DNA from: Ruditapes philippinarum
Taxonomy: Eukaryota
Assembly (NCBI RefSeq): GCF_026571515.1
Contig: NW_026858332.1
Location: forward strand, 1 to 64,000
DNA length: 64,000 bases
Reading direction: 5' to 3'
Shown here: positions 27,400-37,739 of the stretch, in pieces
Position numbering within the stretch: the stretch's first letter is position 1
Layout: the number at the start of each line of letters is the position of its first letter
The notes under the pieces: generated by a model
Told to the model about the DNA's origin: nothing
What the model saw: only the letters and a program-made list of their open reading frames with translations
Databases searched by the model: none
Program-made: the position numbers and the translations under genes

Positions 27400-27950
27400 A
27401 AAATACGAAAGTGACTTTTTGACGAAAGTGAGCGAAAGTAACTTTAAAAAGATGAATTATAGCGTTTTAAGAGAATTTCACAATAAAATTGCAGTTTGCA
27501 GAGGTATATAATTTAAAACTTATAATATTAATTTTAAAAAAAAATCATTATGATGAAATAATCGTCATTTATTTGCATAATTTCTTCATACAAGTTATGA
27601 CATCTTCTTTTCGCCCACATTGAAAAATACAAATGTGACTTATAAAATATCAGATATAGCGTTTAAATTGAAATTTTATACTTAGTCTAATATATTCAGT
27701 TTGTATATAAGAAATTAATAATATTTATTTTCAAAAGAAATAATCTATATGATGAGTTAATCTTCATTTATTTGCACAATTTCTGTACACAACTTCTGAG
27801 ATCTTCCTTTCGCTCACATTGAAAAATACGAAAGTGACTTAAGAAATATATATAGCGTTTAAATTGAAAATTTTACTTCAATTGCAGTTTGTAGACGTAC
27901 ATTATCAGAAATTAATAATATTTATTTTCAAAAAATAATCATTATGGTAA
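27400..27950. repeat. Degenerate ~200-220-bp tandem repeat, ~3 units
   Basis: AAAATACRAAWGTGACTT recurs at ~27400, ~27624 and ~27824, each followed by ATAGCGTTT and later by AT-rich blocks. Confidence 0.7.
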
Positions 27951-29999
27951 TCTTATTGGAGAGGTCATCAGACCTCTCCACAGTGCTGGCGGCATCCATT
28001 TTTGCGTATCTGATTGTAGTGAATGAATCTCATTTAAAGCGTAAAATCATTAGGAGCAGTCTACAAAAATTGTTATGCTCATGCTCCGCTTCAAAATACG
28101 ACTTAACTTAAACGAAAAATTAACATCGAAGTGAACAAATCGGTACATAAAAAAAATCGGAAAATATCTTTTACGTTACTTAGCGCTACGTGGATGTTTC
28201 ATTCCGTTTTAATCTTTTAAAATGTATTTATCGATTACGGTATTGTTTTATGAGTAGCGTTTTACCATTTCATGTTCCAATGAATAGTAACAGTGAACAT
28301 TATAGCTACAATAACACCATGCACTATTATATGACCGAGTGAACAGTGTACTTGAACCGGTATGACTAAGTAACGCAACAGATATTTTTTGGCGCAAATG
28401 GCACAAAATTTATTCAAGTTTAATTTTCTTCAAATATTGTGGTTGGAGGCATGCAGCTTTATATACTGTTTATTCCAATCAAATGATATAAACATATTTT
28501 ATGTAAATCTGGGACTTAAAGAGTATAAATCTTTATCTTATGAATGATTTTAATAAATTTATCAACAGTAAAATTATATCGATTCAATTATTATATTACT
28601 CAAAAAGTTGTAACATAGAATGTCTGTGTTATTTAATGCACATGAATAATGTACGTAAACAGAATAAAATGTTCCAGAACTATATATTATTTTGCTATTT
28701 TAAGTAGGATTTTATCTGTTTAGCAATGACTTTGTGCATGCGCCACTCGCTTTAAGGCATCTTATTGCCATTTTTATTTCACACAACCATTTTAGAAGTA
28801 TTCTCTTTTTTGCTAAATCCAAACAATAATTTTTGGCATCAGATATGTAGCTTTATACACTTTAAAATTGTTTGATTAACATACTCTATGTCCGTTTTGG
28901 AAAATGTAGAGGAAATGTTTCCATATACTTAACAAACCTTTAACCGAAAATCTGCTTATTGAATTTTAAAAGAAACTTTTATTTTGAAGTATACTTTTAT
29001 ATATACTGTATAGCAATTATTTTAAATTTAGATTGATGGCATAACATATATTGTTCCTAGCTTTGTAGAAAAAGTATCTCTAATGCGCCAAGAAAAAAAA
29101 ATCAATTTCTCTTGCATATAATCTTTCAAAACATTAAAAAAATGAGGTGTAAAACAAACTTTCATTATAATACTATATTCAATATATATAATAAATTCTA
29201 TTTTGTTACATTATTGTAATTTATAATCATTCACTCCGCTTTTTATGCAAAAATATCCCAAATATTTTCGAATTAAACAAATTTTCCACAGCTGCAAAAG
29301 ACCACTCGCATGTTTCTTTTTAAAACAGCAAACTTGTTTCATATTTGTAATAAACTTTTCGTGAATATGAATTTGTACTTTTTGTGTTTATGTGATAATT
29401 GTCAATTGACAAACGTGTGCACGGAAAGTTAGGGGAACGGATTTTTTAAATACGGAAAGTACGGTTTACAATTTTACAGACTTTATTCTGCACCAATGCC
29501 AACCGGAAATAGAATTAAATTCAATTTAAAGAAAATTTCTCCGTAAAAATCACGGTTTTTCAGGTAAATACAAAGTATTTATTTTATCCGTTATTGTAAT
29601 TGAATTGTGTTACATATGTTTGTGTATATTTCTCAAGGTGACATTAAAAGTTTCGGTCTTGGCTAAGCTTTTATAATTAGGACTAGACTAGTAGTCGGAT
29701 AACAATGAATTCTTTATTTTCCAATATCTGTCTATCTTCCATTAATGCAAACCCCTCGCGGGGACATAGACATGACCCTAGACTTCAGAGACAGCTGAGA
29801 GATACAAGGGAACCCGGGAACCAGTCACTAGCTCTTATTGAATAGACCCCTTTTTTCTACAAAAAGAGTGCTCAACAAAAATGGTTCAATGTATCAGAAA
29901 TTTATCGTATGTAGAAAGATTAAATATTCTGGAAATTCCTACGTTGGCTTACAGAAGATTTAGAGGTGATATCATACAAGTATGGAAATTATTAAATGG

Positions 30000-30216
30000 T
30001 GTTGTGAATGCAGGAAATGATTTAGTGGTCCTAGACCTACCGGACTGCATTCGCATGCGCGACGGTTTTCGCGGGACTGGAAAGTGCCCGGATAGTTCTA
30101 GGATTGAGTGAATTGAGTTCTGCGTTGGCTGGCGAAGTGTCAACATCAAGATCAAGCTTTGGTAAGCTCCCGGCCTGTTTTCCCTTCTTTAGGCTATGTT
30201 TTAAGGAAATACAACA
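30000..30216 (+). repeat. 5' LTR
   Basis: TGTTGTGAATGCAGG...GGAAATACAACA, a direct repeat of 36361-36577. Confidence 0.95.
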
Positions 30217-30217
30217 T

Positions 30218-30235
30218 TGGCGACGAGGATGGGAT
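30218..30235 (+). promoter_or_regulatory. Primer-binding site complementary to the 3' end of tRNA-Ser(GCT)
   Basis: TGGCGACGAGGATGGGAT lies 1 nt after the LTR and is the reverse complement of ...ATCCCATCCTCGTCG-CCA, the 3' end of animal tRNA-Ser(GCU) as recalled. Confidence 0.85.
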
Positions 30236-31559
30236 GCAAGCAATGAAGTATTGGCACTATCAGGTGGAATTGATTGAAGCGATACTGCCCAAGTTGGAAG
30301 AACGACATGTACTGGTTATTCATTGTCGTGGAATAGAGGGTGACTGTGGTACAGAAGCATATTTACTTCTTCTACATGTTCTAAAGAAGTACGTTAGATC
30401 ACGTCACCCTATACATCTACATTGTTTCACAGGTGACCAGTCTGTGCTCAAGAAATGGTTGGAGACATTTCCAAGGACGTACTTTGGCTTCACTAGTCTG
30501 GTGGATTCCTTTAATCGTGACCAGATAGCAGCGCTACGAGAAATTGAAGAGTCTCGTCTGCTTCTTGAGTAGCAACCCCACCTGATAAGCCATCGGTGTT
30601 CAGAATTTGCCAAAAAATCGATACTATGTTCAGAAAATTGTTTTTTAAACAACTTATTTTTCTATTGACAAAAATAAAACAAATATATAATTAATCAGTA
30701 TTAAATTATCTTTCATATGAAATAAAATTCATTATTCATTCATAAAATGTTTTTTAAACATTATCTGTTAAAGTTTACATTCAGCGGTATTTTCGGCCGA
30801 TTTTACGTTTATTGACTGCTGCCACGCGCTGGTCACATGTAGGGTGCATGACCTTTTTCGCGGGTCATTTGTTGCTAATTAATATTCATGAAATTTTACA
30901 ACCAATCAGAATTAATTTTGCACTTCATCCCGGAAATTTCGTTTTGCAAATATGTTTACTAACAAAAAAGTTACGACGATCCGAAGTTTTAGATAATTTA
31001 CATAAAAATTATCGGTAAGTATCAAAAAACGAATATTGTTCTAGAAAATGTAAACAATGATCTTTAAAATGATACATAAATCATGAAAATCCTTTAAGGA
31101 TAAAGTACCCGCATTTATGATTGAACATAGCGAGTTACAGAAAATCAACAGCCCATCGAGAATTGTTTACGTCCGCCATCTTGATTTTACCGACGTGGTG
31201 AAATCAAATTATTTTGATCATCGATTTATCTTATGTACATCAATCACAAAATAATATTTTTGTTAGTAATTGTTTTTAATAATATTAAATTTTATTTTCA
31301 TGAAATTATTTCTTTTATTATGGCGTATTTCTTTCTTAAATCGCCAAAAAATGACTCGGCGGGTACCTGCTCAATATCGGCCTGTGTAAAAAAAAAATGT
31401 TGCTGTTTTTCTTTTGCCGATGTTTTAAATTTGTTAATATATCACTCTTTATGATAAAAAAAATCAGTCCTTGTGCAAAATAATTTATATCTGCGCTTAA
31501 TTGAAGTCAGTATTGGCTTGAAATGAGCCTCAATAAGGCTAAAAACCTATCACTGCCAG

Positions 31560-31740
31560 AAGGCCATTTCACAGGAGATTGACATTCTATCAATAATTGA
31601 AAAATATAAGCATATAATTAAAAAATAACGGCAAATGTACCCCTCTATAGTATTATTTATAGTATAGAGGGGTACATTTGCCGTTATATTTTAATAATTT
31701 GCTTATACTGTTATAGAATGTCAATTTCCAGTGGCCTATT
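31560..31740. repeat. Long hairpin with a perfect 25-bp stem (31625-31649 / 31663-31687) and imperfect outer arms
   Basis: ATAACGGCAAATGTACCCCTCTATA / TATAGAGGGGTACATTTGCCGTTAT. Outer pairs ATTGACATTCTAT / ATAGAATGTCAAT and AGGCCA / TGGCCT. Confidence 0.9.
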
Positions 31741-31964
31741 GCAGGAAAATGCTGTATTATTTTTTATGGCTACATTACAAAACTTTAGAAACATACAAGG
31801 AAATGCGAACATGTTTTATGCTTTGTGCAATTATGTTACATGTGACGTTCGTTGTTGTTTTATTGTCTGTTTACTGAACCTTGCATTTTTTTTCCAGATA
31901 ACTGAAATACTGATCAGCCAGAGTAAAACCATTCAATTGACGTGCCTTCACATCAGATACTATT

Positions 31965-34900
31965 ATGGAAGCAGACAATATTGGACCATTTTGTAAACAA
32001 ATTGGTTTACATATCAACTCACTTGATGAAATAAATCCTTTGAGAAACAGTCACATATTAAATGGAGTTATTTTGGAACTGTTTTCGCATTTTAAGAACT
32101 GCACAAAAATTGTTGATGTGTTGATACGTTTAAATCCCGATTTGTCAGCTGTCAATATAAATACATTGAAATCACGAATAAATTGTGTCATTGAAATAAA
32201 AAAAAAATTGGTATCGAAGAAAAAAGTAAAGGGCATTACTTCTCTAGAAGACTTAAAAAGTCAAGTTTTTGAGAGTACAAGTAACAAGAAGTTGAATCAA
32301 ACACCCCGCAAAAATGCACAGAACTCTTGTGATGATAAATCTCCAAATCGCCCCAATAAACACATGCACAGTCCCTGTCAAAGTAAAAGTGAAAAAAGCC
32401 ACATTGAAGAAGGAAATGAACCCCCCCTTACCAAAGACAATATACCCCAATATGATAAAGAGAAAACCCCTATACATGAGAAAGTCACAAGTCCCTGTAG
32501 TAAAAGTGAAAGAAAAGCCCTTAACTTGTTTGACTATGAAATCCAGAAAAAGAACAAAAACCTTCTAGGTATTCTTCGTGAAGTTGAAACTGCAAAAGAA
32601 CAGTTACAAACCCTCAATAATAGAATAGGACATTATTCTGTTCGAAACGTAAATAAGCGTGATGAGACAGCAAAGAAAAACTTGCATTTGCTCCGTGATG
32701 CTCAAAGACAGCTTCTGCGGCAGAAAAAACAAAGTGATAATGAAAATGAAATAAGTGCCCAGCTAAATGAGAAAGTGGAATCCTTAAAAATCAATTCCAA
32801 TGTGGAAATAGATCAGCATCAGCAAAAAAAAGTAAATGCCCAAAAGACAGCTAGCTATTATAAAGTTAAAGCTTCAAAGTTAAGAGAAAAACTGAAGAGT
32901 GATAATTATGAACCTGTAAAAACACTAAAATCCAAACTCGCTGAAAAAGATGCAAAAATAGATGAACTTGAATCCAATTTACTTCTGCCTTAAGAAAAAA
33001 TAAAAAAAAGAAAAATTGAAAACTCGGGGCAAAGGATGGAACTTTTAAACAATACGTTCGGTTTTTGGTGAAAATTTTAAGGGGTTTTAAAAGGGTTGCT
33101 TTAAAAAAAAACCCCCTACGGTTTTAAAAGAACTTTTTCTAAAATTTTCATGGCTTTAGGTTTTAAAAAAATTTTCCACTTTTAAAAATTAAAACACAAG
33201 TATATTTTTTCCCAAAAAAAATTTATCGAGAAGGCCCAATTTTTTCCCAAAAAAACATTTATTTCTAAAAAGCTGTTTTTGAGGCAGAGAACTGGCAATT
33301 AAACCGTTTGGGCCCCACACTTAAAAAAGAAAAATTCTGGGCACATCTTTTTCACTTTTGTCCTTCTGGAGAAAATATTTTCCAGTTTGGGGAATTTTGA
33401 GGTGCGCAAAACTGCGAAACAATTTAAAAAATTTGTAACAAAAAATCATGTGACTGAACTTGCAAACTTAAATCAAAAAAATTCAAAAACAACGGAAGAT
33501 CAATTTGTAAAAGAAACGCTGGGTAAGTTAGCTTTTACAATGAGCGACAGGGCTAGCAATGAAAAAAAGGCTGACAGATTACTGGACGAATGGCACGACT
33601 CCATTTTAGGCAATTGTGATGACAGACAACAAGATGAAGTGCTGCATTTTCATTGTATGGCCCATGTGCTTCTAGGTTTTCACAGGTACATTTGTAAGGA
33701 TGTGAAAGATCTGGAAGCTAAACTATGTGAGGAAGATGCTCTAGGGCGTGATAAACTGTCGGTTTTTTCGAACTGGCGAACAAAAGGAACTGTAGTGGAA
33801 AGAGTTCTGTTGACAACTTCAGATGTTTTTGGCCCATCAGGAGACCATCATGGTGTTAGAGATTTGTGGGAAGCACACTGTGCTGTTAATGGTATAAAGT
33901 CCATTATAGGCAATTACAAAGACAATCGATTTAATGCCTTATTCCAAACTGCTGCAGAAATATTCCTTCACAGAGCCCATTTCATACATGTCCTAGAAAC
34001 TGTAAAGTCCCCAAATTTGAAATTAAAATCAGTTATTGCCGACCTGAAGGATGATCGTATTTTTGCATCAATTCAATGCCTTGGCCTTTTCTACTTGAGA
34101 GTGACAGGTCCATATTGGGCTCTTATTACGAGCTCCGACATCCCTTATCTTGAACTTTTCAAACAAGTGTCCAAATTGAAAGAGTACCTTACAGTACTAG
34201 AAAATGATCCTGCTGTCATTCTGTGTGATAGTATGTGGAAAGATGTACATGTGCAGCATAAAAAGACTTTATCCAACTCCCTTAACGAACTAAATGAAAA
34301 CAACCGGTCCTCCATGTTTGACTTTGTTAAACTTGTTGCATGTGCAATGAATAAAACAATCAACAAACAGTTAATTGACTTTATAGATGACGGGCAGTTT
34401 TCCAAAACACCAACAAAACAAGACTTGCAAAGAACTTTCTTTGCTCACAATACAAACTTGGGATGCGAGCATCATTTTGGAGACTTGGACAGTAGTCAGC
34501 GTCGACGACCAAATGCTACAATGCACCATCACTCATCGGTGCAACTTATAAAAAGAAATCGGACAAAGTTAATTGAATGGTTGACAGAAAAAACACAAGA
34601 AGAAAAAGAAGTTCTGTTTAAATCTGCAAGATCTGGTGGTAAGCGTTTACGGGAAAAACACAGGACAGAAGAAAAAAATGTATTAATAGAAATAAATGAA
34701 GAAATGACAAAAAAACCCGAACTTAAAAACAAACGTAAAGCTAAAAGTGACTTGAATCTGAAAAATGGGAAAACAAGAAGAACTAATGTTGAACTATGTA
34801 AAAATGATTTTATTAAAGAACTTCCAACCTTTGAACAAGTAAATCAAAATGACTATATTGTTGTTGCCTACCAGGACGGCTGGTATCCAGGCATAGTGCT

Positions 34901-35121
34901 TGAAATTAAAACAGACAAAATGATTGTTGTTAAATTCATGATGCCTTCTAGGAAAGCAAATCATTTCTGCTGGCCTAGTAGAGAAGAGAACTGTTGAATT
35001 TATGTTTGTTTTAAAAACAGGGTTTATTCCAGACTGTATGAATTCTGGCAGAATGTGGTATATCGAAGACTGTGAAAAAATTGAAAAATTGTTCAAAAAG
35101 TTTAAGAAATTATATTTCTGA
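31965..35121 (+). CDS. Transposase (hAT-like DDE), broken in the assembly: ORF 31965-32993, garbled ~32990-33430, ORF 33387-34997, frameshifted tail to TGA at 35119-35121
   Basis: Coiled-coil N-terminal part; MSDRASNE (second D), FHCMAHVL (CxxH), NRFNALF, TNLGCEHHFGDLD (catalytic E); C-terminal YIVVAYQDGWYPGIV...FCWP domain. The tail TVEFMFVLKTGFIPDCMNSGRMWYIEDCEKIEKLFKKFKKLYF* continues in a shifted frame. Confidence 0.75.
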
Positions 35122-36346
35122 AAAATGATGACATGCAATTGTTTATACTGTAAAGCACTTGTTATTGCTAATGTAAATGCTAAAGCAAATGTTAATGATA
35201 ATTGTTAATGTTTATACCTGTTAAAGTTTTTCATTCTGTTGTTGTATATTGTTTATTAACATATGTAGATAATTGAAAAATAAATCGAGAAAAAATATTG
35301 TGAAATTTTATGTATGCTTTGCTTACTGTATAAGATGCAGTTAATTGACCACTAAAAATATAGTACTTTTAATCAGTTAGTTATAAAGAGTAATTGCTAA
35401 TCTAATTATATTCCAAATTTCATAAGAATATCTCAAAAAGTAAAAAGGTTATGGCATTTTAAGTGCGGAATTAGTCGTAAACATAATTATTTCGGTTCCG
35501 TCGCGGCGCGCTGTCTTTCTATTAAAAAAGCATATAAAATAATTCTGAAAAACTACGCGTTTTTTAAGATCTTAAGAAGTCATAACTTTTTTATTTATTA
35601 AGATATTTTAAAAAAGAAAACTGTTCTGGAAAGCTTATGATGAGCTCTATGTAATGAAATAAACTATTTATTTAAACAATTAGGTGAAAAAAATGATGTG
35701 TTGTTGCTATCTTGAGTCCGATGCACCATATTTTCCCGGTAGGGGATCCAGAGTATCGTCACCTGGACAACTGTATAGAGCAGCGAATGCAGTGGCTCAC
35801 CGTCTTCAAACCTCGCCTGAAAGGATTCTGGAGATCACAGTCGCAAACGCCCTGTGTCTCTATGAAGGGCAGTATCAGTAAAAACCAGCAGGAAACTGGT
35901 CGAACTTCTAGTTCACCAGTCTAAAGTTGATAATGCATCCAAGTAAAGTGCTGGTTGGATTCCTAGTTTTTCAGTAAAAGCGTCATTGTTATATTCAGTT
36001 GAAACTTCTAGTTCATCTGAGAAATGATCCAGATTGCTCCAGGTATACCACAACAAAAATAACCTCAATACAGATCAAGAGTCCAGTGTGCTTTGATCCG
36101 AGTATCCAATACATCCAGGCTGGTGGTTGTGAAAAATGAAGTTCCAGGTGGCTTCTAGCCTTTGAGAAGCTTTACAGCAACGCCAGTGTACCAAAAGGAC
36201 TTCTAGTCCTTCCTCTACAGCCTACTTATTTAGGGTAAGTTAAAGCCGCGATGTGATATTAATTCACAATTAAGGAAGTAAACGAGCTTCTAGTTCTTTA
36301 CTGATGCATTCACAGCATTACTCCCAAGACCGAAGCCTTCATTCAT

Positions 36347-36360
36347 AAAGTTGGGGGGAG
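36347..36360 (+). promoter_or_regulatory. Polypurine tract
   Basis: AAAGTTGGGGGGAG directly abuts the TG of the 3' LTR. Confidence 0.85.
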
Positions 36361-36577
36361 TGTTGTGAATGCAGGAAATGATGCAGTGGTCCTAGACCTA
36401 CCGGACTGCATGCGCATGCGCGACGGTTTTCAAGGGACTGGAAAGTGCCCGGATAGTTCTAGGATTGAGTGAATTGAGTTCTGCGTTGGCTGGCGAAGTG
36501 TCAACATCAAGATCAAGCTTTGGTAAGCTTCCGGCCTGTTTTTCCTTTTTTAGGCTATGTTTTAAGGAAATACAACA
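36361..36577 (+). repeat. 3' LTR
   Basis: Direct repeat of 30000-30216, followed by the TSD ATGG. Confidence 0.95.
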
Positions 36578-36606
36578 ATGGGAAGGAAGATATAGATTAC
36601 AATGTA

Positions 36607-37692
36607 TTTTTAGCTCGACTATTCGATAAGAATAAGTAGAGCTATTGCAGTCACCCGAGCGTCGGCGTCGGCGTAACCACTTATGTTAAAGTTTTTGTAA
36701 TAGTTCAAATATTTTCAAAGTCCATTGACATATGGCTTTGAAACTTTGCACACTTGTTCACCATCATGACCCCAACCTGTAGACAGGAGGAGGTAACTCT
36801 ATCAAGCATTTTGACAGAATTATGCCCCTTTTTCGACTTAGAATTTACGTTTAAGTTTTTTGTAATAGTTCAAATATTTTCAAAGTCCATTGACATATGG
36901 CTTTGAAACTTTGCACACTTGTTCACCATCATGACCCCAACCTGTAGACAGGAGGAGGTAACTCTATCAAGTATTTTGACAGAATTATGCCCCTTTTTCG
37001 ACTTAGAATTTACGTTAAAGTTTTTGTAATAGTTCAAATATTTTCAAAGTCCATTGACATATGGCTTTGAAACTTTGCACACTTGTTCACCATCATGACC
37101 CCAACCTGTAGACAGGAGGAGGTAACTCTATCAAGCATTTTGACAGAATTATGCCCCTTTTTCGACTTAGAATTTCCGTTAAAGTTTTTGTAATAGTTCA
37201 AATATTTTCAAAGTCCATAGACATATGGCTTTGAAACTTTGCACACTTGTTCAACATCATGACCCCAACCTGTAGACAGCAGGAGGTAACTCTATTAAGC
37301 ATTTTGACAGAATTATGCCCCTTTTTCGACTTAGAATTTACGTTAAAGTTTTTGTAATAGTTCAAATATTTTCAAAGTCCATTGACATATGGCTTTGAAA
37401 CTTTGCACACTTGTTCAACATCATGACCCCAACCTGTAAACAGGAGGAGGTAACTCTATCAAGCATTTTGACAGAATTATGCCCCTTTTTGGACTTAGAA
37501 TTTACGTTAAAGTTTTTGTAATAGTTCAAATATTTTCAAAGTCCATTGACATATGGCTTTGAAACTTTGCACACTTGTTCACCATCATGACCCCAACCTG
37601 TAAACAGGAGGAGGTAACTGTATCAGGCATTTTTTTTTACTATCAAGCACTAAGAATAGTCGAGCATGCTGTCCTACCGACAGCTCTTGTTT
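36607..37692 (+). mobile_element. HINE (Helentron-type) with near-identical 164-bp tandem array (~5.7 units)
   Basis: subTIRs GCTCGACTATTC / GAATAGTCGAGC, (GGCGTC)n, units at 36685, 36849, 37014, 37178, 37342 and 37506, 3' hairpin GCTGTC-CTACC-GACAGC, end CTTGTT. Inserted in a T run of the LINE. Confidence 0.88.
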
Positions 37693-37739
37693 GAAAAAGC
37701 ACAACTTGATAACCATCACATCAGAGGAAATTCCATGAA

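Larger units (their letters stand above)
30570..35709 (+). mobile_element. 5140-bp hAT-superfamily-like DNA transposon with 7-bp TSD (TCTTGAG), possibly hATw-type
   Basis: Termini TAGCAAC...GTTGCTA. TSD at 30563-30569 and 35710-35716. Encodes a DDE transposase with a CxxH motif. Confidence 0.8.
30234..35881 (+). pseudogene. TatD-family DNase domain (C-terminal part; 166 aa when 30234-30569 and 35717-35881 are rejoined), interrupted by a DNA transposon
   Basis: Motifs VLVIHCR, IHLHCFTG, YFGFT, RLLLE|SDAPYF and a final helix ITVANALCLY match TatD (IHxR, HCFSG, LLETDAPY, TxxNAxxLF). The frame is restored exactly by removing the transposon and one TSD copy. The N-terminal HxH and GEIGLD motifs are missing. 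Confidence 0.88.
30000..36577 (+). mobile_element. Non-autonomous LTR retroelement (1431 bp once the nested transposon is removed) carrying a TatD nuclease domain
   Basis: Two 217-bp LTRs (30000-30216 and 36361-36577; TGTTGT...ACAACA; 8 mismatches by eye), 4-bp TSD ATGG (29996-29999 and 36578-36581), PBS and PPT present, no gag/pol. Confidence 0.93.

Noticed and set aside
27953-29770. Possible element starting with the hairpin GGAGAGGTC-ATCA-GACCTCTCC
   Set aside because: No matching 3' subTIR, TSD or second copy is visible in the window.
30234-30569. TatD as a host TATDN gene or bacterial contaminant
   Set aside because: It is intronless, N-terminally truncated and sits between the PBS and PPT of an LTR pair with a TSD inside a eukaryotic LINE, so it is element cargo at this locus.
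36685-37620. Regular array resembling CRISPR
   Set aside because: Units are contiguous near-identical 164-mers with no unique spacers, lie inside Helentron-type termini, and there are no cas genes in this eukaryotic context.
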